The translations under genes were made by a program, and so were the position numbers. Of a stretch of DNA of 64,000 nucleotides, positions 19,696 to 29,481 are shown piece by piece. Below the pieces are notes generated by a model. That model had not been told where the DNA came from, made no database searches, and saw only the letters and a program-made list of their open reading frames with translations. The stretch lies in assembly GCA_965228895.1 (NCBI GenBank), contig OZ245842.1, forward strand, positions 1,280,001 to 1,344,000. The letters are read 5' to 3'. Numbering within the stretch: position 1 is the first letter of the stretch; each line of letters begins with the position of its first letter. Source of the stretch: Alphaproteobacteria bacterium. Lineage in GTDB: Bacteria > Pseudomonadota > Alphaproteobacteria > SP197.

Positions 19696-19713
19696 TCGTC
19701 ATGGTGATGTCAT
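19696..19713 (+). promoter_or_regulatory. Pho box upstream of the second phnM
   Basis: TCGTCAT-GGTG-ATGTCAT, a canonical 11-bp direct repeat. Confidence 0.7.
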
Positions 19714-19753
19714 GGAAACCGGCTAGACGAAGCCCAACATCGGGGGATTTGGA

Positions 19754-20911
19754 ATGTTGGATCTACGCATTGATGGCGCCCGCCTGCTGCGCGAAACGGG
19801 CGAGCCAAAAGCCGGCGCCATCGGCATGCAGGATGGCTGTCTGGTTGTCGACTGTGATGGTCGTGAGGCAAAGCGCGCGGTTCGCGCCGACGGCTACTTG
19901 CTCGCGCCCGGCATCATCGACATTCACGGCGATGCGTTCGAGCGCCAGATCATGCCGCGGCCGGGCGTGCATTTCGATATGCGGTTGGCGCTCGCCGATA
20001 CCGACCGTCAACTCGTCGCAAACGGCATTACAACAGCATTTCATGGCGTGACCTATTCGTGGGAGCCGGGCTTGCGCGGACGCGAGAACTGCGTGTCGCT
20101 ACTCGATGCCCTCGAATCCATGCGGCCCCGGCTTGCCGCCGACAACCAGTTTCATCTGCGTTTTGAGACCTTCAACTTGGATGGCGCCGCGGACGTGACA
20201 GCCTGGCTGGACGCCAACCGCGTCGGCATCCTGGCGTTCAACGATCACGCGTTGGAGATTGCCGACCATGTTGACGTACCGAAGAAGGTCGCCGACTACG
20301 TCCATCGCACCGGCCTTGACGTGAATGAGTTCAAGGATCTGGTTGACCGTGTCGTCGCGCGGGCCGGTGAAGTGCCGGCCATGACGGCGAGTTTGGCGGA
20401 GCACGCGCGCGCGCACGGTATCGCCATGTTATCCCACGATGATCCGGATCCTGAGACCCGCGCATCCTATCGCGCGCTGGGTTGTCTCGTCGCCGAGTTC
20501 CCGGAAACCGAGGATACCGCCCGCGCGGCGCGGCAGGCCGGCGACGATGTCGTCATGGGCGCACCCAATGTGGTGCGTGGCGGCAGCCAACGCGCCGCTG
20601 TCGGCGCCGCCGATCTGGTCGTACAGGGACTCTGCGACGTCCTGGCGTCGGACTATTACTATCCCGCCCAATTGCAGGCCGCCTTTCGCTTGTTTCGCGA
20701 AGGCAGCCTGACGCTTCCCGATGCGTGGGCCCTGATCGCCGGCAATGCCGCGCATGCTGCCGGCCTGAAAGATCGCGGCGTGCTGGCCGACGGCAAGCGC
20801 GCTGATGTCGTGTTGATCGACGATCGGGATATCGCTCTGCCGCGGGTCGCCGCAACTTACGTTGCGGGTACAACCGCCTTTCTCGGCGACGACGCCCTGC
20901 TTGCCGCTTGA
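19754..20911 (+). CDS. phnM: Second PhnM-family amidohydrolase
   Basis: PGIIDIHGDAFERQIMPRPG, HLRFE, SHDD, AEFP, GAPNVVRGGS, LASDYYYP. Confidence 0.88.
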   Translation: MLDLRIDGARLLRETGEPKAGAIGMQDGCLVVDCDGREAKRAVRADGYLLAPGIIDIHGDAFERQIMPRPGVHFDMRLALADTDRQLVANGITTAFHGVTYSWEPGLRGRENCVSLLDALESMRPRLAADNQFHLRFETFNLDGAADVTAWLDANRVGILAFNDHALEIADHVDVPKKVADYVHRTGLDVNEFKDLVDRVVARAGEVPAMTASLAEHARAHGIAMLSHDDPDPETRASYRALGCLVAEFPETEDTARAARQAGDDVVMGAPNVVRGGSQRAAVGAADLVVQGLCDVLASDYYYPAQLQAAFRLFREGSLTLPDAWALIAGNAAHAAGLKDRGVLADGKRADVVLIDDRDIALPRVAATYVAGTTAFLGDDALLAA

Positions 20912-20925
20912 TTCGGCGCTAAGCC

Positions 20926-21726
20926 CTAGGGCTTGGTGGCGCTAACCAGATGCGCCGGCGAGGCAAACGAAACGCGCCCGTCATCTTCGGCGAACTGCGC
21001 CAGATCCTTGCGGGCTTCCTCTTGAAAGCGCGCGTACTGCTGGTCATCAATCAGGTCGGCTAGCGTCCAACCCTTGACGTCCGTGTGCACCCAGGCATCG
21101 ATGGACGGGAAATTGGCCGTGCCCGTCACGGTCTCCAATGTCGCATCCTTGATGTCGGCTTCGTCGAATAGCCGAAGCACATCGGCGGATTCGCCGAGCG
21201 TGAAGGGCGCGCGCATGGCATTGGCAACGGACGTACCGAACAGACGTTGCAGTAGCGCCGTGACCGCCTGATAACCCGGCGAGCGTTCAAGACTGTCCCA
21301 GACCGCGACGACCATGCGGCCGCCGGGCCGTAGCACACGGTGCATCTGCGATAGTGCGGCCACTTGATCCTCAAAGAACATCAGACCGAACTGGCTGACG
21401 ACCGTGTCGAACGAATCGTCGTCGAACGGCAGATCCTCGGCCATGCCTTCGCGCCAGGTGATGCCCGGCGTCACACGCGCGGCCACCGCCAGCATGTCGG
21501 CATTGCAGTCGAGCCCGGTGACCGAGCCGCCTGGTCCGACTCGCGCCGCAGCCTCGCGGGCCAAGACGCCGGTGCCGCAGGCAACATCCAGCACATCGTC
21601 GGACGGGGCGAGTCGCGCGGTGTCAACGATGCGCGGTGCCCACTCGCCGAACAGCGCGGGGACAAAGAACGTCTCGTAGATGTCGGCTGCGCTCGCTGTT
21701 ACCTGGCCTTGATCTTGTGCTTGCAT
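20926..21726 (-). CDS. Class I SAM-dependent methyltransferase
   Basis: VLDVACGTG, LPFDDDSFD, QFGLMFF, LRPGG. Confidence 0.9.
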   Translation of the reverse strand: MQAQDQGQVTASAADIYETFFVPALFGEWAPRIVDTARLAPSDDVLDVACGTGVLAREAAARVGPGGSVTGLDCNADMLAVAARVTPGITWREGMAEDLPFDDDSFDTVVSQFGLMFFEDQVAALSQMHRVLRPGGRMVVAVWDSLERSPGYQAVTALLQRLFGTSVANAMRAPFTLGESADVLRLFDEADIKDATLETVTGTANFPSIDAWVHTDVKGWTLADLIDDQQYARFQEEARKDLAQFAEDDGRVSFASPAHLVSATKP

Positions 21727-21844
21727 CGTCTCGCTGCCTCGTTAGGGAGATATCGTGATAGCGAGCCGACGCGGATAAACCTAGTCCACAAAATGTAGTT
21801 AACGCATACTGATCTGGCCATGAGACAGCGTGGGGAAACGCGCT

Positions 21845-22546
21845 ATGAAGAGCTATGGTCAGTTCTGCCCGGTCGCCAAGGCAGCCGAACTGTTTTGTGA
21901 ACGCTGGACGCCGTTGATCATCCGCGACCTGTCGACCGGGGCGACCCGCTTTTCGGAGCTGAAACGTGGCGTTCCGCTGATGTCGCCAACGCTGCTATCG
22001 CGCCGCCTGAAGGATCTTGAAGCAGAAGGCATTATTGAGCGGCGACCCAAGCCGAAAGGCCGCGGCGCTACCTATCACTTGACCGAGGCGGGGATGGAGT
22101 TCGTCCCCATGGTCCAGGCGCTTGGGTTATGGGGCCGCCGCTGGTCGCGCCGTCAGCTTGCCGACGGCGAGATCGACCTGGGTCTCCTGATCTGGGCGCT
22201 CGAACGCCGCGCGAAGACCGACGCCTTCGGGCACACACCGAGCGTCGTCAAGCTTGAGCTTCGCGATCAGCCCGCCGGCAAACGGCATTGGTGGTTTGTC
22301 AATTGGCCCGAGGGGTGTGAGCTCTGTCTTGAGGACCCGGGTTTCGATGTCGATCTCTACGTCACCTGCACGCTTGCCGACATGATCTACCTGATGCGCG
22401 GTGACCTCCCGATATCACGTGCGATCGAGGAGGACCGGCTCGACCTGGTGGGGACACACCGCGCACGGCGCGCGCTACGCACGTGGCTCAATCCCAATCC
22501 ACTGGCATCGGTCAAGTCGATGCATGGCGCCGACGCGATGGTCTAG
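21845..22546 (+). CDS. HxlR-type winged-helix regulator with an SCP2-like C-terminal domain
   Basis: YGQFCPVAKAAE, ERWTPLI, RFSEL, LSRRLK; C-terminal WWFV...LCLEDPGFDVDL. Confidence 0.85.
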   Translation: MKSYGQFCPVAKAAELFCERWTPLIIRDLSTGATRFSELKRGVPLMSPTLLSRRLKDLEAEGIIERRPKPKGRGATYHLTEAGMEFVPMVQALGLWGRRWSRRQLADGEIDLGLLIWALERRAKTDAFGHTPSVVKLELRDQPAGKRHWWFVNWPEGCELCLEDPGFDVDLYVTCTLADMIYLMRGDLPISRAIEEDRLDLVGTHRARRALRTWLNPNPLASVKSMHGADAMV

Positions 22547-23520
22547 TTCCGCGGCCGGTCAAACAGGTCACACCACGCGCCGATATCAGCGTTATGGGTG
22601 TGTGTTTGGCGGGATTGCCTTAGCGCAACGCGCAAGGCGGTGCGACCGAGCCGGCTACGCGGCCTTTCGTAGTGCCGGGGATCAGTGCCATCATCCATAG
22701 CCGTCCTGACCCGTGATTTCTCAGTCAAGAATTCTGCCGGCCCCCAGTCGTTCAGCAAGGTCTGGAATGCATCGAACGCCCTGTTATTAAACGGCGTCTT
22801 GCGTCCGAGCGCATCCATCAACGGGTTGGCGGGGTAGAGGCTGAGGCACGGCAGAAAACCGGGCGGTACCGGAATGTTGGCCGAATGGGTGCGGCCGCTC
22901 TTCAGGAACTTCGGCTGGACATGGGTGTGCGGTCCTTCCGGTGTTTTATCACGGCCGATCGCCTGATAGACCTCGATCCGGCCCAGCGTTGAGACGGCGA
23001 TGCGATGGGGATCGGCGGCGATGATTGCGGCCATCGCACCGCATGTGGGGTCAAGGATTGATCGCCCGACAAACTGGCGAAGCTGCGCCAGCAAAGCGGG
23101 GTCGCTCGTGCGGATGCAAAAGTCGATATTGCGCGCGTCGAGGCCGGTGTCGAACAGAATGGCATCGCGGTCGACCGGGCGAATGGCCCGGCGATCCGGT
23201 CCAAGTTCGGTCAGGGTCGCTCGTCTGTTCGAGGCTGCTACCGATTTGGGCAGGCAGAAGATGACGCCCTGCTGCCAGCGCTCACGGCGCCGGCTGAGCG
23301 TTTCGTAAGCGACCGGCCTGACATCGTCGTGCAGCTCGAGGCGCATCGCGCCGCGAGATGTGGCGATGGTCAGATTGTCGCTATCGTCCAGGCAGAGCGG
23401 TTCGTTGGCGCCGCGGTGAAACTCGGCGATAGCGCCGAACGATCCGATACTGAAGCTGCTGGCGGGGTCGTGCAGGTGCTCTTGAAGCTGGCGTTTGACC
23501 TCAGACTTCTCTCGGGACAT
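22543..23520 (-). CDS. Conserved hypothetical protein (from memory resembles DUF6925)
   Basis: 325 aa, 21 bp downstream of the Rieske gene; motifs SIGSFGAIAEF and PEGPHTH. The family name is recalled, not verified. Confidence 0.65.
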   Translation of the reverse strand: MSREKSEVKRQLQEHLHDPASSFSIGSFGAIAEFHRGANEPLCLDDSDNLTIATSRGAMRLELHDDVRPVAYETLSRRRERWQQGVIFCLPKSVAASNRRATLTELGPDRRAIRPVDRDAILFDTGLDARNIDFCIRTSDPALLAQLRQFVGRSILDPTCGAMAAIIAADPHRIAVSTLGRIEVYQAIGRDKTPEGPHTHVQPKFLKSGRTHSANIPVPPGFLPCLSLYPANPLMDALGRKTPFNNRAFDAFQTLLNDWGPAEFLTEKSRVRTAMDDGTDPRHYERPRSRLGRTALRVALRQSRQTHTHNADIGAWCDLFDRPRN

Positions 23521-23541
23521 GCGTGCCTCGCCCCTTCGCTC

Positions 23542-24690
23542 TCACGAAGCCGGAACGTAATCCATGACCTGGCGCTGGAAGAACGGCAGCGCGTCTTCGA
23601 AGCCGGACAGTGGGCCGATCTCGTAGGCCGGTGACCCCATACCCGCCTGTACGGCCTCGCAGGCATGGATATCCTCCAACATCACGTTGTCGGTTTCGAG
23701 CGGATGGTGATCTTTGTCCGTCGGCATGTGGAAACTCAGCATTCCCTTCGCGCTGACCACACATTCCGGCAGCGCCTCGTCCGGGATCGTCTGATTGCCG
23801 AGTCGTTCGACCGCCGAAGGTTCGGCCAGCAGGCGGATGTCGATGAGCGATTGGTCGGGTGCCAGGGGTGTGACGTGAAAGGTCGACCACGAGGTCGCGG
23901 TTTCATAGAGCGCCAAGTTAGGGAACAGGACATAGGCGCCGGCGCCATACGCGCTGTCGACGCCGTCGATCACCGGCAGCACCTCGTTATCGTGGCTGAC
24001 GCCCGGCTTGAGCGGGCGGTGAAACATCCAGTGCCGACCTGCCGGCCACCAATGCTGCTTGGTGAAGTCGCCGTCGCCGAGCGACTTCGGATGCAAATAG
24101 AAAAAGTGATAACCGTCGATAAAGTTCTCGATGATGATCTTCCAGTTGGCGTTACAGCGATAGCGCACGTCGCTGACCTCCACGAGATCTTCGATCGGGT
24201 GCGGCCCAACGCGGTCGCCAAAGCCCGACAGCCACGTCTCCAACGGTTCGGTCTCCGGGTCGGGGTGGACGAAGACCAAGTTGCGCCAAACCGCGATCGC
24301 CGCAGGCTTGAGACTCAGGCAGGCCTTCTCCAGGCCAGGGAACTGCTCGTTCTCCTGGGGAACCGCAATCAGCCGCCCGCCCAGGTCATAGGTCCAGTTG
24401 TGATAGAAACAGCGAATCGACTTTCCGGCATTGCCGCTGCCGTCGAGCAGCCGCGAGCCGCGATGGCGGCAAAGATTGTGGAAGGCGCGAAGTTCGCCGC
24501 CCCTGTCGCGCAGCACCACCAGCGGGTATCGGCCCGCCATGAGGCAGCGATAGTCACCGGCGTGCGGTAGGTCGCTTGTAAAGCAGACGAAATTCCAGAC
24601 GCCGCCGAAAAGGTCGGTCTGTTCGGCCTCGAACCAGCCGGAGTCGGTATAGGCATGGATGGGTAGCTGCTGCTGGGGCCCTGACGCCAT
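23542..24690 (-). CDS. Rieske non-heme iron oxygenase alpha subunit
   Basis: CRHRG...CFYH Rieske site, NWK..ENFIDGYHFFYLH, and a C-terminal ED..ACEAVQ. Confidence 0.92.
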   Translation of the reverse strand: MASGPQQQLPIHAYTDSGWFEAEQTDLFGGVWNFVCFTSDLPHAGDYRCLMAGRYPLVVLRDRGGELRAFHNLCRHRGSRLLDGSGNAGKSIRCFYHNWTYDLGGRLIAVPQENEQFPGLEKACLSLKPAAIAVWRNLVFVHPDPETEPLETWLSGFGDRVGPHPIEDLVEVSDVRYRCNANWKIIIENFIDGYHFFYLHPKSLGDGDFTKQHWWPAGRHWMFHRPLKPGVSHDNEVLPVIDGVDSAYGAGAYVLFPNLALYETATSWSTFHVTPLAPDQSLIDIRLLAEPSAVERLGNQTIPDEALPECVVSAKGMLSFHMPTDKDHHPLETDNVMLEDIHACEAVQAGMGSPAYEIGPLSGFEDALPFFQRQVMDYVPAS

Positions 24691-24902
24691 AGCGATGCTC
24701 CTTGGATCGTGTTTGCATCCGGCGGGTCAATCCTGCCTCAAACGCGGGTGACAAGCCAACCGGCGCCCCGACGAACCGAAATCCCCACAAATTGCGCGAA
24801 TGTCGGTTGTTCGGGCATGGCGAATTGCGGCCAGTCTGTATAGGATAGCGCCAGTCCCAAAACCTCAGACACGCCACCGCGCCACGTCCGGCGCGGCTAA
24901 AG

Positions 24903-26816
24903 GTGACCATGACGACGGCTCAAACCGGCGTCGGTGGATCAAGCCGCACCCCGCGCCTTGATACCGAAACCGACGCCAGATATCGCACCGATGTATCCAA
25001 TCTGGATACCCGCGTGCTCATGCGCATCACCGCGATGGCGTTTCGCTATCCCGGACGCATGGCGCTCGCCATGACGGCGACGGTGCTGGCCGGCCTGTTC
25101 ATGCTCTTCGTGCCCCAGTTCCTGGGCGACGCGGTCGACCAGGCGAACAGTCTTTTAGCCGGTGCCGACGACACGAGCAGCCGCGACCTGGCGAAAGCGG
25201 CGCTGTTTCAGACCGCCATGCTGCTGCTGGGCGCCAGCGTGATGCGCGGCCTCTGCACGATGATGCAGAACTATCAGGGCGAAGCGGTCGGCCAGTTGAT
25301 CGGCTACGATCTGCGCCTTGCCTACTATCGAAAACTCCAGTCCTTGAGCTTTTCGTGGCACGACCGCGTTCACAGCGGCGACCTGATGACGCGCGGCATC
25401 CTGGATATCGAGGGCGTCCGGATGTGGGTGGATACAGGCATTCTGCGCATGATCCTGCTGACCGTGTTGATCGGCGGTGGCGCGTTCATCTTGATCCAGA
25501 CCGATCTTGTGCTTGGCCTGGTCGCCTTGAGTTTCGTGCCGGTTGTTGGCGTGCGCGCCTCGATCGCGCGCATCAAGCTCAGAAGTGCATGGCTGCGCCT
25601 GCAAGACGAGCTTTCCGTCCTGACCAAGGTGATGGAGGAGAACCTGGGTGGCATCCGCGTCGTGCGGGCGTTTGCCGCGCAGACGTTCGAGCTTGCCCGT
25701 TTCGATGTCATCTCCAACAGCGCCATGGCGATTGCACGCGAGCGGGTCTATCTCTTCGTGCGCAACGCGACCCAGATGACCTACATCTATTTCATCGCCA
25801 TGGGTCTGGTGCTGTGGGTCGGCGGACAGAAAACGATCGATGGCGAGATCACGATCGGTCAGTTTGCCGAGTTCCTGGCCTTTATGTCGATCCTGCAGAT
25901 GCCGGTGCGCCAGATCGGCTGGATGATCAATTCGATCGCGCGAGCCTCGACCTGCGGTGGCCGGCTGTTCAACGTGCTCGATCTGGAACCGTCGATTGCC
26001 GACAAGCCGGGTGCGCGTGATCTGGTTATCACCGATGGCGTCATGCGCTTTGAGAACGTCGACTTCCAATACCCCGCCTTGGCCCGTGACGAGCGGACGC
26101 TGACGGGCATCAGTCTGGAGGCCCGGCCCGGCAAGACAATCGGCATTGTCGGGCCGCCGGGCAGCGGCAAGTCAACGATCGCCCATCTGATGGGGCGCTA
26201 CTACGACGTGACGGGCGGGCGGATCACCATCGATGGCCAGGATATCCGCGATGTCACGCTGGAATCGCTGCGCCATGCGGTCAGCATTGTGCAGCAGGAA
26301 CCGTTCCTGTTCACCGCCAGCCTCGATCACAACGTCGCCTATGGTGATCCGTGGGCCGGGCGCAGCAGCATCGAACACTCGGCGTCGGCGGCACAGCTTC
26401 ACAACTATGTCCGCCAGTTGCCGACCGGATACGGCACGCTGGTCGGCGAACGTGGTGTGTCGCTTTCCGGCGGCCAGCGTCAACGGCTCTCGATCGCGCG
26501 CGGCATTCTGCCGGAAAGCAGCGTTCTCGTGTTCGACGACTCGACAGCAGCCGTCGATGCGGCAACCGAGCAGCGTATCCGCGCTGCGCTGAAAGATGTC
26601 GTCAGAGAGCGCGCCGTCATCATCATCGCTCACCGGCTCAGTTCTCTCATGCATGCCGATGAGATCCTGTTCCTGGACGGCGGCCGCATTGTCGAGCGCG
26701 GCAGTCATGATGCGCTGATGGCCGCGGGCGGCCGTTATCGCGAGCTCTACGATCTACAGGCCCAGCCGGCTGATGCTCGGCCGTTGCGCGAACGGGATGA
26801 GGGGGAGGGGCCATGA
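24903..26816 (+). CDS. ABC exporter, fused permease/ATPase (half with degenerate Walker B)
   Basis: Six-TM domain, GPPGSGKST, LSGGQ, Walker B VFDDST (catalytic E replaced by D). Confidence 0.92.
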   Translation: MTMTTAQTGVGGSSRTPRLDTETDARYRTDVSNLDTRVLMRITAMAFRYPGRMALAMTATVLAGLFMLFVPQFLGDAVDQANSLLAGADDTSSRDLAKAALFQTAMLLLGASVMRGLCTMMQNYQGEAVGQLIGYDLRLAYYRKLQSLSFSWHDRVHSGDLMTRGILDIEGVRMWVDTGILRMILLTVLIGGGAFILIQTDLVLGLVALSFVPVVGVRASIARIKLRSAWLRLQDELSVLTKVMEENLGGIRVVRAFAAQTFELARFDVISNSAMAIARERVYLFVRNATQMTYIYFIAMGLVLWVGGQKTIDGEITIGQFAEFLAFMSILQMPVRQIGWMINSIARASTCGGRLFNVLDLEPSIADKPGARDLVITDGVMRFENVDFQYPALARDERTLTGISLEARPGKTIGIVGPPGSGKSTIAHLMGRYYDVTGGRITIDGQDIRDVTLESLRHAVSIVQQEPFLFTASLDHNVAYGDPWAGRSSIEHSASAAQLHNYVRQLPTGYGTLVGERGVSLSGGQRQRLSIARGILPESSVLVFDDSTAAVDAATEQRIRAALKDVVRERAVIIIAHRLSSLMHADEILFLDGGRIVERGSHDALMAAGGRYRELYDLQAQPADARPLRERDEGEGP

Positions 26817-28702
26817 GTGTCGGCCGCGCCGCCTCGCAGCTGGAGAAGGATCGTCCGCCTTTCGCGGTCGTGGGATCCCAGATTTCCTATGACGAAGAAC
26901 TCTTTGGCCGCGTCTTCGATCCCTGGGTGGTCAAGCGGTTTGGCGAGTTTCTGAAACCCTATCGCCGCAGCCTGTTCATCGGCATCGCCTGTGTGCTGCT
27001 GTTCACGCTGACCCAGCTCACCATCCCGCTGGTGATCAGGACAGTCATTGACGATGTTCTGCTGGCCGATGGCGCGACCCACAAGCTGCAAATCGCTGTC
27101 GCGGTGTTTGCCGGCATCATCACCTTGAACTATGTCGCCAACCACGTCTTGGAGACGGTGGTCGGCAGGACCGCCGAACATCTGCTGTTCGACCTGCGCC
27201 GTGCCATGTTTGCCCATTTGCAGGTTGTGTCGCTCTCGTTCATGGACCGCACGGAGGTCGGGCGTTTGATGTCCCGGCTGCAGGGCGATGTCTATGCGCT
27301 GCAGGAGTTTCTGGAGTCCTCCATTTTCGCCATTGGCGATATCGTGCTTTTGGTCGGTATCGTCGTCGTTCTGCTTAGCCTGGATCTTCATCTCGGCGCG
27401 TTGACGCTCTCGGTCGTGCCGCTGCTGTTTCTTGTGCGTGTGGTCTGGCTGCCTCACGCGCGGCGCGCCTTTATGACCGCACGCGAAACCAGCAGCACGG
27501 CGAATGGCGCCTTGGCTGAAAACGTGCACGGCATTCGTGCGGTTCAGGAACTGGGCCGCGAAGACGTCAACTTCGCCCTGTTTGACGAGAAGGCGACCGA
27601 CAATCTGAAGGCCCATCTGCGCGCGTCGAAGTTCACCAACATGATGATCCCGATCGTCGATACCCTGACGGGTTTTGCGATGGTGATCGTGGTGGTCATC
27701 GGTGGCGACATGGTGCTGGGCGCCGACCTTGATGTCGGCACCATGGTCGCCTTCATGTTCTACGTGCAGCGCTTTTTCGATCCGATCCGCTCATTGACGA
27801 TCCAGTACAGCATCATGCAGCGCGCCATGGCTGCGGGACAGCGCATCTTTGAAGTGCTCGACGTGTCGGTCGAGGTCGACGACAAGCCCGATGCCATCGA
27901 GCTTGACGACATCGATGGTTCGATCGAGTTCCGTGACGTCACCTTCGGATATGTGCCGGACCAGCCGGTCTTGCGTGACATCTCGTTCCGGGTCGAGCCC
28001 GGCGAGACCGTGGCCCTTGTCGGACCGACAGGTTCGGGCAAAACCAGCATCACAGCGCTGGTCCACCGGTTCTATGACGTCTGGCAAGGCGACGTCGTGG
28101 TCGGCGGCCGTGATGTGCGCGACGTCACCCAGGACTCGTTGGGCCGTCAGGTCGCCATGGTGCTGCAGGAGCCCTTCCTGTTCTCAGGTTCGATCTTCGA
28201 GAACATCCGCTACGCCAAGGAAGAGGCGACCCGTGACGATGTCACCGCCGCTGCTAAGGCGGTCGGCGCCCATGATTTTATCATGCGGCTCGACGACGGC
28301 TACGACACCCAGTTGGAGCAGCACGGCGTCAACCTGTCGCTCGGCCAACGCCAACTGCTCAGCTTCGCACGGGCCCTGGTGGCCGATGCCAGCATTCTGG
28401 TGCTCGACGAGGCGACCGCCAATGTCGACAGCTACACGGAACTGGAAATTCAACGCGCGTTGGCGCGGTTGCTGAAAGGCCGCACGGCCATGGTGATCGC
28501 CCATCGCCTGGCCACCATTCGCGGCGCCGACCGGATCATCGTCCTGCAGGATGGTGAGATCATCGAAACCGGCAGCCATGACGAGCTGATGACCATGGGC
28601 GGCCTCTACAGCCGTCTCTACCGGATGAACTACGCCTCGTTTGACGATATCCCGGACGAGGAGATCCGCCGTCTGAGCACCGATGACGGTGAGCACACCT
28701 GA
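26813..28702 (+). CDS. ABC exporter, fused permease/ATPase (partner half)
   Basis: GPTGSGKTS, degenerate LSLGQ signature, LDEATA; ATGA overlap with the preceding gene. Confidence 0.92.
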   Translation: MSVGRAASQLEKDRPPFAVVGSQISYDEELFGRVFDPWVVKRFGEFLKPYRRSLFIGIACVLLFTLTQLTIPLVIRTVIDDVLLADGATHKLQIAVAVFAGIITLNYVANHVLETVVGRTAEHLLFDLRRAMFAHLQVVSLSFMDRTEVGRLMSRLQGDVYALQEFLESSIFAIGDIVLLVGIVVVLLSLDLHLGALTLSVVPLLFLVRVVWLPHARRAFMTARETSSTANGALAENVHGIRAVQELGREDVNFALFDEKATDNLKAHLRASKFTNMMIPIVDTLTGFAMVIVVVIGGDMVLGADLDVGTMVAFMFYVQRFFDPIRSLTIQYSIMQRAMAAGQRIFEVLDVSVEVDDKPDAIELDDIDGSIEFRDVTFGYVPDQPVLRDISFRVEPGETVALVGPTGSGKTSITALVHRFYDVWQGDVVVGGRDVRDVTQDSLGRQVAMVLQEPFLFSGSIFENIRYAKEEATRDDVTAAAKAVGAHDFIMRLDDGYDTQLEQHGVNLSLGQRQLLSFARALVADASILVLDEATANVDSYTELEIQRALARLLKGRTAMVIAHRLATIRGADRIIVLQDGEIIETGSHDELMTMGGLYSRLYRMNYASFDDIPDEEIRRLSTDDGEHT

Positions 28703-28719
28703 TCGATGGGGAGACCTGG

Positions 28720-29481
28720 ATGACACGTAACCTTCTGGTGACCGGTGCCGGCCGTGGCATTGGCCGTGACGTCGCACTCAGGGCCGCAGAACGCGGCTAT
28801 GCCGTTGCGGTGAATTACACGTCGAACCAGGCCAAGGCCGACGAGGTGGTCCAGGCCATTGTCGACGGTGGTGGCAAGGCGATCGCCATCCAGGCCGACG
28901 TGTCCGATGTCAGCCAAGTGGAACGCCTGTTCAAGACGTTTGACGATGCGTTCGGCACGCTGCATGCGCTCGTCAACAATGCCGGTGTTGGTGCGACTCA
29001 AGGCACGCTGGAGACGACCAAACCGGAAGACCTGGTGCGCACCTTCGAGGTGAACGTGTTCGGCCTGTTCTATTGTTGCCAGGAGGCGGTCAAGCGCATG
29101 TCGACCAAACATGGTGGCGAGGGCGGTTCGATCGTCAACGTTTCGTCCGCAGCGGCGCGTTCGGGCGGTGTCAACGCGTTCATCGACTACGCCGCGTCGA
29201 AGGCGGCGGTCGATCGGATCACGACCTCGCTGGCCATGGAGACCGGCGCCTACGGCATCCGCGTCAACGCGGTGCGGCCCGGCGTGACCGAAACCGACAT
29301 GATCGAGGCGATCCGCGAGATCGAGCCCGAGTGGATCGAGCAGGTGGTCCAGACCATGCCGATGGGACGGCTGGGTACGGTGCGCGAGATCAGCGACCCC
29401 ATTCTGTGGCTGTTGTCGGATGAAGCAGCCTATGTGACGGGAACGCTGGTCGATGCATCGGGCGGCCGGGCGATGCCTTGA
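28720..29481 (+). CDS. SDR family oxidoreductase
   Basis: TGAGRGIG, NNAG, YAASK, RVNAVRPG. Confidence 0.93.
   Translation: MTRNLLVTGAGRGIGRDVALRAAERGYAVAVNYTSNQAKADEVVQAIVDGGGKAIAIQADVSDVSQVERLFKTFDDAFGTLHALVNNAGVGATQGTLETTKPEDLVRTFEVNVFGLFYCCQEAVKRMSTKHGGEGGSIVNVSSAAARSGGVNAFIDYAASKAAVDRITTSLAMETGAYGIRVNAVRPGVTETDMIEAIREIEPEWIEQVVQTMPMGRLGTVREISDPILWLLSDEAAYVTGTLVDASGGRAMP

Noticed and set aside
21783-21799. Operator for the HxlR-SCP2 regulator (AGTCCA-N5-TGTAGT)
   Set aside because: Only 4 of 6 positions are symmetric and I found no second copy, which is too weak to call.
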